64,000 nucleotides of DNA from a virus. This document shows positions 55,231 through 64,000 of this stretch, in pieces (position 1 is the first letter of the stretch; each line of letters begins with the position of its first letter). The stretch lies in the IMG/VR virus record IMGVR_UViG_3300036715_003363. One strand, written 5' to 3'. Under the pieces are notes generated by a model. It was not told where the DNA came from and made no database searches. It saw only the letters and a program-made list of their open reading frames with translations. A program made the position numbers and the translations under genes.

Positions 55231-57312
55231 ATGCTCAAAAATATACAAAAAAAGTGTGAAGAATTATGGTTTGTAACAAAACCGGCTAGAATAAGAAGAA
55301 GAGAAAAGATCTTTCTTCCGGAAGAAGAAGAAATTATTTTGTCAACTAATAAGTGGACATACTGTACAGATTTTAAAGAAAAAGTAATGCTGTTAGCGTT
55401 CAATATATACGAACCGCTAAAATGTCCTATAACAAATAATATCTTCTCTTATAAAAAACCTCTATATAGACTACATTACACTGACGCACACATCAGGAAT
55501 AGGTGTTTTATGTTTAAGAAAAATACAAATATAATAAAAAACATATACACTGATTATAATATTAATGAGATTGAAACAATTCTGAGAAACACTAAACCTA
55601 CACAAATAATACAATACCCTCTTTTAATAAACCACTGCTTTGTAATGCTAAAAAAAGCAGGTATTAATATAGACGAGATAACAAGTAGTGAAGAAGCTTG
55701 TTATCTATATGCTAAAAATTATACCAATATACCTAAATGTCCAATTACAGGAAAGAACTGTGTTTTTAAAATATTATCAAACAAATACACAAAATTCGCT
55801 TCCACAGAGGTATCTCATATTGCAAACGGATTAAAAAATAAAAATAAAAAAAGATCTATTGAAGCAATCAGAAAACAGACTGAGACATTAATTACAAAAT
55901 ATGGTGCTAAAAGTGCTTTTAATATTAAGGGAGTGTATGAAAGAGGGCTACAAGTGCGTAGGGCAAATGCAGTTAATAAGAAGATTAATAAAGAACATGA
56001 AAAATCTCTTGATATAAGAACAACAGAGCAAAAAAGACTCGATACAATTAAAATTAAGTATGGAGTGAGTTCAATAAAAGAATATCACAAAAAATATCCT
56101 TTATCTGTGGAGAAAACTTTTATTAGAAAAGAAAAACAAAAAGAGTCTTGTATAAAAAAATACGGAGTATCAAATATAGGAAAAGTAAAGAGTGTTAGAG
56201 ATAAAATAAAAGACACCTGTATTTTAAAATACGGTGATCTCTGTGCTTTAAATACCGATGAACAAAAAGAGAGAAGAGCTCATAATAAAAAGATAGACAC
56301 ATATATTAATTTTAAAAGATTTGCGAATATATGTATGCCGATGTTTACTCTTGAAGAGTGGATATTAAAGTGTGAAGAAAAACTCCCATGGAAGAAAATA
56401 AAAACAGGAGAGATTTTTGATTGTAAATACTACGGGTATCCTCCCGTTGGGAGATTTAAAGGCACGACATTAGAGGAAACAATTTACGACATGCTTGATA
56501 TACTATCTGTTGAATATATCAAGCATGATAGAACAATCATTGCACCTCAGGAAATAGACATTTATATTCCAAGCATAAAATTAGGCATTGAATGTAATGG
56601 AGAATATTTTCATTCAGAGATTTCAAAAAGCGCAAGTTATCACATTGATAAGACCAATAGTGCAAAAAAAGCAGGTGTTCGACTTATACATTTTTTTGGA
56701 AAACATATTACACAGAATTCTAAAGTTGTTTACAACATCTTAAGATCGATTATAAAAGGAAATAATATTAAAATAGCGGCACGAAAATGTGAAATAGTTA
56801 ATTTATCTCAGGTAACAGCAAGAAATTTTTTTGAAAAATATCACTTAAGCGGATTTTGTGGAGCAAAAATACATTTAGGTCTAATGTATAAAAACAGGCT
56901 AATATCAGCGTTATCAGTAGGCAAAGATAGATTTAACAAAAATAACGAACTTGAAATTATTAGATATGCAATAATGAATAATGTTACCGTTGTTGGAGGT
57001 TTCGAAAAACTGCTATCACAGATTAAAAGAATATATACAGGTGTAATTTTACACACATATGCTGATATAAATGTGTTTACAGGGAATGTTTATCGTCGCG
57101 CTGGTTTTAATTTTGTTAATACTACACCTCCTGATTACTACTATGCAAAAGGTTGTCAATATTTATCTCGCTATAAAACACAGAAACATAAATTAAATAA
57201 ATTGTTGAAAGACAAATTTAATAAAAATGAAACTGAGGAAGAGAATATGAAGAGGTGTGGATTCTACAAGGTTTATGGGTGCGGCAGCACTCATTACACA
57301 ATACAACTGTGA
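55231..57312 (+). CDS. Hef-like free-standing endonuclease, second copy, with KYG repeats
   Basis: QEIDIYIP..KLGIECNGEYFHS, KIAARKC, IRYA...VVGGFEKLL, YAD, VY..AGF, VYGCG; ATG 55231 follows TAAATA 55221 (track starts at TTG 55198). Confidence 0.7.
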   Translation: MLKNIQKKCEELWFVTKPARIRRREKIFLPEEEEIILSTNKWTYCTDFKEKVMLLAFNIYEPLKCPITNNIFSYKKPLYRLHYTDAHIRNRCFMFKKNTNIIKNIYTDYNINEIETILRNTKPTQIIQYPLLINHCFVMLKKAGINIDEITSSEEACYLYAKNYTNIPKCPITGKNCVFKILSNKYTKFASTEVSHIANGLKNKNKKRSIEAIRKQTETLITKYGAKSAFNIKGVYERGLQVRRANAVNKKINKEHEKSLDIRTTEQKRLDTIKIKYGVSSIKEYHKKYPLSVEKTFIRKEKQKESCIKKYGVSNIGKVKSVRDKIKDTCILKYGDLCALNTDEQKERRAHNKKIDTYINFKRFANICMPMFTLEEWILKCEEKLPWKKIKTGEIFDCKYYGYPPVGRFKGTTLEETIYDMLDILSVEYIKHDRTIIAPQEIDIYIPSIKLGIECNGEYFHSEISKSASYHIDKTNSAKKAGVRLIHFFGKHITQNSKVVYNILRSIIKGNNIKIAARKCEIVNLSQVTARNFFEKYHLSGFCGAKIHLGLMYKNRLISALSVGKDRFNKNNELEIIRYAIMNNVTVVGGFEKLLSQIKRIYTGVILHTYADINVFTGNVYRRAGFNFVNTTPPDYYYAKGCQYLSRYKTQKHKLNKLLKDKFNKNETEEENMKRCGFYKVYGCGSTHYTIQL

Positions 57313-57764
57313 TGGCAGGTAAAGCTCGATCAAGATTTAAACAAGGATTATTCCAGATCCAAAATAAAGACAAATATAAAGGAACAACTCCGATTATTTA
57401 TAGGTCAAGCTATGAGCTAAAATTTATGAGGTGGGCAGATGCAAATCCTAATGTTGTTCAGTGGGGATCTGAGTCAATTATCATTCCGTATCACAATCCT
57501 CTCACTGGAAGAGTACATAGATATTTTGTTGACTTTAATATCACGATTAAACAGAATGATAGCACCCTTAAAAAATTTCTTGTTGAAATAAAACCTGATA
57601 TTCAAACAAGACCTCCCATTGCAAAAAGACATTGTAAGGGATTGCTTAGAAAGCAGGCAGAGTATGTAAAAAATAAGGCAAAATGGATAGCAGCCGAAGC
57701 GTTTGCAAAAAAACACAATTCGGAGTTTCACGTTATAACTGAAAAGCATCTTAACATTAAATAA
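57312..57764 (+). CDS. gp4: head completion protein gp4 (TnsA-like nuclease fold)
   Basis: N..KYKG....I.YRSSYE..FM.W.D.NPNV..W.SE...IPY..P...HRYF.DF, EIKP, N.AKW.AA; ATG overlaps upstream TGA. Confidence 0.9.
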   Translation: MAGKARSRFKQGLFQIQNKDKYKGTTPIIYRSSYELKFMRWADANPNVVQWGSESIIIPYHNPLTGRVHRYFVDFNITIKQNDSTLKKFLVEIKPDIQTRPPIAKRHCKGLLRKQAEYVKNKAKWIAAEAFAKKHNSEFHVITEKHLNIK

Positions 57765-57861
57765 TACATCAGTCCAGAAGATTATAAAAAAGAATAAGTA
57801 TATGTTTTATAAGGTAAACCGTGAAATTGATCACATCTTGTATAAATAAGTATATAAACAT

Positions 57862-58536
57862 ATGGGACTTAAATTCTTAGTTGAAGATTGTCATGAAGGT
57901 CTCGATTTCTTAATCGAGGAAAAAAATAAAGACGCAGAACGTAAAGTTTACATTACCGGCGTCTTCATGATGCACAGTAAACAAAATCAAAACGGTCGTA
58001 TCTACGAAAGCGTAGAAATGACCAAGGAGGTCGAGCGTTATACTAACCAAATGATCAAAACTCGCCGCGCAATTGGCGAAATGAATCACCCTCAATCAAC
58101 TGAGGTTAATCCAATCAACGCATGTCACCTTGTTACTGAGTTAAAACAAAAGGACAACTATTTTCTTGGTAAGTCTCAAGTGCTCTCTACTCCAATAGGA
58201 CAATTGCTAAAGTCACTTATTAGTGATAATATTCAGATGGGTATATCCACAAGAGGTCTTGGTAATGTTACTGAATCAGTATCAGGAAAGAATGTAAAAG
58301 ACTTTCACCTTATCTGTCTCGATGTTGTTCATCAGCCATCTGTTCAAGATGCAATGCTTGAGTCCATTATGGAGTCAAAAGAGTGGATGGTAAAGCCTGA
58401 TGGATCAATTATCGAGTGCGCAGAAAGATCTTATAAAGAGCTTGAAAGAAATCTTCAGAGTCTACCTAAACACGGAACAGATCAATTCTTAAAAGAATCT
58501 CTTCTTCATTTTATTAACATGCTTAAGGCAGCCTAA
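57862..58536 (+). CDS. gp21: prohead protease
   Basis: I.GVFM......N.NGRIY, A.GEMNHP, GISTRGLG, DVV..PS..DA; TATAAATA at 57841. Confidence 0.95.
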   Translation: MGLKFLVEDCHEGLDFLIEEKNKDAERKVYITGVFMMHSKQNQNGRIYESVEMTKEVERYTNQMIKTRRAIGEMNHPQSTEVNPINACHLVTELKQKDNYFLGKSQVLSTPIGQLLKSLISDNIQMGISTRGLGNVTESVSGKNVKDFHLICLDVVHQPSVQDAMLESIMESKEWMVKPDGSIIECAERSYKELERNLQSLPKHGTDQFLKESLLHFINMLKAA

Positions 58537-58540
58537 ATTT

Positions 58541-58693
58541 ATGTCACAACAAGAAACAAAAGCAATCAAACAATTTATTGGCGACATCGCCCGTAAAGAT
58601 TATTCTCAAGCACAAGCTAGCCTGCAAGCATGTGTAGTTGAAAAAATTAAAACAAAAGTGCGTAATTCAATTGCAATATCTGCTAAAAATTAA
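58541..58693 (+). CDS. small prohead-core-like protein (50 aa)
   Basis: MSQQETKAIKQFIGDIARKDYSQAQASLQACVVEKIKTKV..., helical, between gp21 and gp22; not in the track. Confidence 0.45.
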   Translation: MSQQETKAIKQFIGDIARKDYSQAQASLQACVVEKIKTKVRNSIAISAKN

Positions 58694-58726
58694 CTACTCA
58701 GGCATAAATAATATTACACTATAAAT

Positions 58727-59674
58727 ATGAACTTTAAGTCAATTCTCAAGGAGCAATTTAAGGACCTCATCACAGAGGAAACTCTTACAGCCGTACACGA
58801 AGCGTTCGAAGCCGCTGTAAAAGAGAAAGCAAAACTTCAGTTAGAAGATTATTCTGTTCGTCTAGACGAAGAACACTCCGAAAAACTTCAGTCGCTTGTT
58901 GAGGCTATTGACGCCGATCACACTGCAAAAATGCAGAAGCTTGTTGAGACAATTGATTTTGATCACTCACAGAAGTTTCAAAAAGCAATTACAAAACTTG
59001 ACGAAAAGCACACTGGTATGCTTCAGCAGATCGTTAAAAAGTACCAGATAATTTTGAAGGAAGAAGTTGAGACATATCGCACAACATTAGTTGAGGGTGT
59101 TTCAAATTACATCGATCTTTATCTTGAGAAAGCTATTCCAGCTGATCAGATTAATGAAGCAGTGGAGAATACAAAAGCTCGCAAGACTCTTGTAGCTATT
59201 CGCCAGCTTGTATCCATCGATGAAGAGTATATTGACAATGAAGTCAGAGAAGCTCTTCAAGATGGAAAGAAAACAATTGACTCTCTTAAGAGAGAGTTGA
59301 ATGAGTCAGTAGAAGCAAATGCTAAAATCAACAATAAGTTGAGCAAAGCAGAGGCTTCCTTGCTTATTGAAAGCAAGACTAAGGACCTACCTACAAACGC
59401 AAAAGCATATGTTACTAAGCTTTTGAAGGGTAAGAGCCCGGAGTATATTCAAGAGAACTATCAGTACGTAGTTGAGATGTTTGAGAGAGAGATCTCCGAA
59501 CAAGAAGACAGTGCCCGCGAGGGTATTGCAGATCGCATCGTTAAATCGGTGGATCGTCCGGAAACGGACCTTCTTGAAGAGGAAATTTCTTCCTATCCGC
59601 AAGCCCTTGAGCCTGCGGTAGGCGGATATCTGAATGAGATGAAGCGCATCGACGGATCAAAACTCCGCAGATAA
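58727..59674 (+). CDS. gp22: prohead scaffold protein
   Basis: Acidic coiled coil, FEAAV, V..YLD.Y.E pattern, directly before gp23. Confidence 0.85.
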   Translation: MNFKSILKEQFKDLITEETLTAVHEAFEAAVKEKAKLQLEDYSVRLDEEHSEKLQSLVEAIDADHTAKMQKLVETIDFDHSQKFQKAITKLDEKHTGMLQQIVKKYQIILKEEVETYRTTLVEGVSNYIDLYLEKAIPADQINEAVENTKARKTLVAIRQLVSIDEEYIDNEVREALQDGKKTIDSLKRELNESVEANAKINNKLSKAEASLLIESKTKDLPTNAKAYVTKLLKGKSPEYIQENYQYVVEMFEREISEQEDSAREGIADRIVKSVDRPETDLLEEEISSYPQALEPAVGGYLNEMKRIDGSKLRR

Positions 59675-59742
59675 TTTAACGTTCATCTTTACACAGGTCG
59701 AAAACTCTTCTTATGAAGAGATAAAAGAAAACTATTTAAACT

Positions 59743-61191
59743 ATGGAAAATCTCCTTCACATTAATAAAACAGCTGCAGAGCGTCTTGTAGAGAAGTGGA
59801 GCCCAGTTCTGGACTACACATCAAACAAGGTTTCTGCAATTGAAAGCGATCACACACGTCTGAACACTGCTATTCTTCTGGAAAACCAGGAGAAGTGGTG
59901 CTTTGAGGCTAGCAATGCCGCAGGTGGATCTGGATCAGTATTCGGTGCTAACACTGGATATGCAAATTCAACAATCCCAACCAGCGATACATATGCTACT
60001 GGTGATGCACGTCTGCCAAAGGTTCTTATCCCAATGATTCGTCGTACTTTCCCTGAGCTCATCGCAAATGAGATCGTGGGTGTACAGCCAATGACTGGGC
60101 CAGTTGGATTAGCATTCGCAATGCGTTATAAGTACGAGAGCTCAGCTCTCGGATACCCTTCTAACGGCGGCGATGGTAACAACGCAAGCGGACCAACAGC
60201 AGGTGCAACAGCTTCCTCACAAGGTAAAGAAATCGGGTATAACTACCTGAACACTGCCTTCACAGGAACTTCATCAGCATCCCTCTCAGGACTTCCTGGA
60301 GTTTGGGACAACATTTCTGAAGATGCCGGCGTAGCCGCTATCCTCAGTCAGTTTGAGCTCAGCTCACAGATTCCTCAGATGACTGTATCGTTCGAAAAGA
60401 CCGCAGTTGAAGCCGGCACACGCCGTCTCGCAGCTAAGTGGTCTGTTGAACTTGAACAAGATTTGAAAAACATGAATGGTATCGATATCGATGCTGAGCT
60501 TACAAACGCAATGTCCTACGAAATCCAGGCTGAAATCGACCGCGAGATGATCGCGCGTATGATTCAGACCTGCCTAAACGCTGGATCTGGTGTTGGTTAC
60601 TCAACTTGGTCCGCGATCTCGGCTGATGGCCGTTGGTCCGGAGAGCGCGCTCGTGACTTCTACAACAGAATCGTTGTTGAGGCTAACCGCGTTGCTGTTC
60701 GCAATCGTCGTGGTGCAGCTAATTTCATTATTGGCACACCTCGTATCTGCGCGATCCTCGAGACTCTACCAAACTTCACATGGCAGCCCGTAACTGGCTC
60801 TGTTAACACTACACCTGTTGGCATTGCTAAGGTCGGCGCAGTCGGTGGACGTTTCCAAATCTACCGTGATACCCGTACAGAAGCTGAAGTCAACTCTGGA
60901 TACAATCCAGCTGGCAAAGGCTACGGAACAGTTCGCAGCAATCCTATCGATTACGCACTCTTGGGCTATAAAGGTCCAGAGTATTATGACACCGGAATTG
61001 TGTACTGTCCGTATATTCCTGTAATGGTACAGAGAACAATTGGTCCTAATGACTTCTCACCAAGAGTTGGTCTCTTGACACGTTATGGTGTCGTAGATCA
61101 CATCTTTGGCGCAAATCTATATTACCACCTTGTTATCTGCACCGGTCTCGGTCAACAGTTCACACCTGGGTCAGTCGCTGTCTACTTGTAA
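59743..61191 (+). CDS. gp23: major capsid protein
   Basis: KW.PVL, TA.LLENQE, LIPMIRR.FP.LIA..I.GVQPM.GP.GL.FAMR, EK..VEA.TR.L.A.WSVEL.QDL, YCPY.P, F.PRVG..TRYG. Confidence 0.98.
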   Translation: MENLLHINKTAAERLVEKWSPVLDYTSNKVSAIESDHTRLNTAILLENQEKWCFEASNAAGGSGSVFGANTGYANSTIPTSDTYATGDARLPKVLIPMIRRTFPELIANEIVGVQPMTGPVGLAFAMRYKYESSALGYPSNGGDGNNASGPTAGATASSQGKEIGYNYLNTAFTGTSSASLSGLPGVWDNISEDAGVAAILSQFELSSQIPQMTVSFEKTAVEAGTRRLAAKWSVELEQDLKNMNGIDIDAELTNAMSYEIQAEIDREMIARMIQTCLNAGSGVGYSTWSAISADGRWSGERARDFYNRIVVEANRVAVRNRRGAANFIIGTPRICAILETLPNFTWQPVTGSVNTTPVGIAKVGAVGGRFQIYRDTRTEAEVNSGYNPAGKGYGTVRSNPIDYALLGYKGPEYYDTGIVYCPYIPVMVQRTIGPNDFSPRVGLLTRYGVVDHIFGANLYYHLVICTGLGQQFTPGSVAVYL

Positions 61192-61223
61192 TTCAACGAG
61201 TTACAAAGTAACACAAATCAAAG

Positions 61224-61256
61224 AAAGCTCCTTCGAAAGAAGGAGCTTTTCTTTTT
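61224..61256 (+). terminator. rho-independent terminator after gp23
   Basis: aaagctccttc-gaaa-gaaggagcttt followed by tcttttt. Confidence 0.88.
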
Positions 61257-61363
61257 GTATAATATCATAATATCACCAAAGAATTTAAATCATTAATTGT
61301 GTAAAGATAAATATAACATATAATATTATTTTAAGAATTATCATCACTAAAGAATTTAATAAA

Positions 61364-62266
61364 ATGCAAAATAATAAAAACCACACCAAAGAATTTAAAT
61401 CTGATAAAGAAGGTCACAAATTTACAAAAGAATATAAACTTAGAGTTGTTGCCTATCATGAAGAACATGATAAAGATTTAGCAGAAACAATTGAGTGGGT
61501 CAGAATTAAACATCCTTGTGCGAGTAATCATATTATAAGATCTTGGGTTGATCCTGTCTTTGCTGAAAAAGTAAGAGTACGATCGAACGCAGCAAACAAA
61601 AAATGGCAGATTAAAAATCCTGTAAAGTATGAAGATTATTGTAAGGGTAGAAAATTTTCCGAAGAGTATAAAAGCTCTGTTAATGAGTTTTATAAAAACA
61701 ACAATAACAGTATTGCAATAACAATAAAGCATGTAAGAGATCAATTCCCTGGTACTAATACTAGAACGGTAAAAATGTGGATTGATAAAGAATATGCAAA
61801 AAAGGAGTATGCAAAACTTAAAAAATATAATCAAAATTGGAATAATCAAAATAAAGATCGTGTTCGCGAATATGACCGCCTAAGGCGAGCTGCTAACCCT
61901 GGCAAAACTTTAGCTCGAATAAAAGAGCGTAAGAAAATTGATATAGGATTTAGAATACTTGAAAATATGAGAGTATATCTATACCAACAGCTTAAAAGAG
62001 CACACGGAGGAATACCAATTAAAAAATCGCAGAAAACTATTGAATATATTGGATGTACAAGAGATGAGCTTAATGAACATTTACGTAAACAATATAAGCT
62101 GGGTATGACAGATGAAAATTACGGGTCTTGGCATGTTGATCATATTATTCCATGTAGCTTGTTTGATTTGACAGATTTTGAGCAAGCAAAGAAGTGTTTT
62201 CATTATACTAATCTCCAACCACTCTGGGCTGTAGAAAATCTTAAAAAATCAAACAATATATTGTAA
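61364..62266 (+). CDS. HNH endonuclease with N-terminal HTH-like repeats
   Basis: NYG.WHVDHIIPC..FDL.....CFHYTNLQPLWA.ENLKK. Confidence 0.85.
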   Translation: MQNNKNHTKEFKSDKEGHKFTKEYKLRVVAYHEEHDKDLAETIEWVRIKHPCASNHIIRSWVDPVFAEKVRVRSNAANKKWQIKNPVKYEDYCKGRKFSEEYKSSVNEFYKNNNNSIAITIKHVRDQFPGTNTRTVKMWIDKEYAKKEYAKLKKYNQNWNNQNKDRVREYDRLRRAANPGKTLARIKERKKIDIGFRILENMRVYLYQQLKRAHGGIPIKKSQKTIEYIGCTRDELNEHLRKQYKLGMTDENYGSWHVDHIIPCSLFDLTDFEQAKKCFHYTNLQPLWAVENLKKSNNIL

Positions 62267-63345
62267 TGGCATATACTGAAAAATTTAAAAAAGAAGTTAT
62301 AAGATATTTAAAATTAAATAGTATAACAGACACAGCTAAAAAATTTAATATTAGCCCTGATACTATTAGATATTGGACTAATCCATTACACAGAGATAAG
62401 ATTATAAAGAAAGAAAAAGAAAAATACAATAATCTATGTGTTGTAAGAAAAAAAGTGCCTTATTCAACTGAAAAAAGAGCATATTTTAGAGAATATCAAC
62501 AGAAAATAAAGCTATATAAAACAATTCCTTCTATTTCATATACTGAAGATCAGTGTAAATACGAAATACGAAAACTAGAGTCTTCGCTGGGGAACTATCT
62601 TTCAATTCCGAACAATAATAGGTGCGTGCTGACATTTCAGCAACACTTTTATGAAAAGGAGCGAGAGTTATGGCAAAATAGAGATGTTCAAGATAGAATT
62701 ATTAGTAATAGATGCAAATATCTTAATAAAACTCTAAAAGAACTAACACCAGGAGAAATACTACGCGGGTTTAAAATTTCCGGAGAGCATTACGGGTTTT
62801 CGCATTTTTCGTCTTTATGGTTTAAAGCCTTTATTAATGAATTTAGTATTAAATCGGTATATGACCCGTGTGGAGGATGGGGACATCGAGCACTAGGTGT
62901 ATTAGGAACTGATACTACTTACTATTATAATGATTTCGATCAAAGAACTTGCGAAGGAGTACGAAAAATAGTAAATCTTGCAAATCTTAATAATAAAGTT
63001 GTGATAACTAACAACAAATCTGAAGAATATATATTACCATCTAACGTTGATGCAATTTTTACATGCCCTCCATACTATAATAAAGAAAAGTATAATAATT
63101 CGTCGTTTAAATCATATGAAGATTTTGAACAATGGTGGAATAAAACGGTTCAAAACTGCTTAAAAACAAAATGTAAATATTTTGCTATTATAATTGATAA
63201 TGACAACATTAAATGTATAAAGAACTCTTTGCAATCGTGTCATTTAATTAGAGAACAACAAATGTTTAAAAATCATAGTCACTTTAATAGGGATAATATC
63301 CCGAAGTCATATGAATCACTGTACATTTATGAAATTATCACCTAA
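62266..63345 (+). CDS. amino-type (N4C/N6A) DNA methyltransferase with N-terminal HTH
   Basis: VYDPCGGWG (motif I) and FTCPPYY (motif IV); N-term YTEKFK.EV....ITDTAKKFNIS..TI..W HTH. Confidence 0.8.
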   Translation: MAYTEKFKKEVIRYLKLNSITDTAKKFNISPDTIRYWTNPLHRDKIIKKEKEKYNNLCVVRKKVPYSTEKRAYFREYQQKIKLYKTIPSISYTEDQCKYEIRKLESSLGNYLSIPNNNRCVLTFQQHFYEKERELWQNRDVQDRIISNRCKYLNKTLKELTPGEILRGFKISGEHYGFSHFSSLWFKAFINEFSIKSVYDPCGGWGHRALGVLGTDTTYYYNDFDQRTCEGVRKIVNLANLNNKVVITNNKSEEYILPSNVDAIFTCPPYYNKEKYNNSSFKSYEDFEQWWNKTVQNCLKTKCKYFAIIIDNDNIKCIKNSLQSCHLIREQQMFKNHSHFNRDNIPKSYESLYIYEIIT

Positions 63346-63365
63346 GTTACCTTAAATAACATACA

Positions 63366-63731
63366 ATGGCAACTGTATATAACTACGAGGCACAAGTTAC
63401 AAAAACTGCAATTAACGGAATAAAGATGTTATCTGCAACGAACGTATTAAAGGTATCATTCAATAATCCTAAAGTCGCTCTTACAACCAATGTATTCTCT
63501 ACTGCATCTTTTATTGATACAACAGGTCTATCAAAAACATCAGGTAGCGGAACAATCGTATTTGATAATGCACACCACAAAAATACAATTAATGTTCACC
63601 TCGCTGATCGCACATCTTTTTCAGCTGTATTGCTGAGTGCAACTGTAACAACTCAGGTCGCACTAACTTCTGCGGGATTTAGTTCATGGGGTCCAAGTGA
63701 AAGACGTCTCCGCTCTCTTGGATATTTTTAA
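63366..63731 (+). CDS. hypothetical late protein
   Basis: 121 aa; TAAATA at 63353. Confidence 0.65.
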   Translation: MATVYNYEAQVTKTAINGIKMLSATNVLKVSFNNPKVALTTNVFSTASFIDTTGLSKTSGSGTIVFDNAHHKNTINVHLADRTSFSAVLLSATVTTQVALTSAGFSSWGPSERRLRSLGYF

Positions 63732-63757
63732 TCTATCTGATTAAATAAATATATAAT

Positions 63758-64000
63758 ATGGCAACTGTATACAATTACGAAGATCTGAAAGGCCCTCTAT
63801 ACACTAATGGAGTTAACCTTGTTTCATCAACAACAAACGCAGCAGTAAGATTGCTTTTCAATGCACCAGTAATTGCACTAACAAACACTGCATTTACAAC
63901 GGCAACATTTGTTAATACTGCTGGAGCTGGACTTTCATCCGGAGCAGGAACAATTGTTTATGATAATGCATATAACAACAGACCCGCTTATCTAATTCTT
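63758..64000 (+). CDS. paralog of preceding gene, 3'-truncated by window
   Basis: MATVYNYE..FNAPVIALT.T.F.TATFVNT.G..SG.GTIVYDNA aligns with the 63366 ORF. Confidence 0.7.
   Translation, partial: MATVYNYEDLKGPLYTNGVNLVSSTTNAAVRLLFNAPVIALTNTAFTTATFVNTAGAGLSSGAGTIVYDNAYNNRPAYLIL

Noticed and set aside
1-64000. Stop-codon reassignment as seen in some large phages
   Set aside because: Core genes are full length under code 11. TAG (nrdA-C after CESCSA) and TGA (gp17 fragment 3) fall at natural C-termini. The terminase breaks are TAA and TGA within inteins and are followed by frame change or further stops.

Overview
This window is part of a large T4-like (myovirus) phage genome; no cellular housekeeping genes, tRNAs or CRISPR arrays were seen. 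In order it contains: (1) a tandem array of at least 8 paralogous 21-aa-repeat LRR genes (1-5176) whose variation is concentrated at the predicted binding face; (2) a replication block (gp59-like?, gp32 SSB, FolE2, gp45 clamp); (3) a large terminase gene fractured into three ORFs, with one contiguous class-3 intein and two atypically split inteins; (4) tail and baseplate genes (gp3, gp18, gp19, gp54/26/48/53/27-like), with a Hef-like endonuclease between sheath and tube; (5) a mostly minus-strand block of clamp loader, dUTPase, nrdA split by a third split intein, and nrdB, which also holds a displaced gp16-like small terminase; (6) gp25, gp6, large wedge/fibre proteins and portal; (7) an island of repeat-rich fibre/adhesin genes; (8) gp13, a second Hef-like gene, gp4, gp21, gp22 and gp23; (9) an HNH + methyltransferase pair. 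The strongest candidates for novelty are the terminase that apparently needs three-piece protein trans-splicing and the antibody/VLR-like diversified LRR array. All calls come from motif recognition and synteny by eye, and all counts were made by hand; no searches were run.
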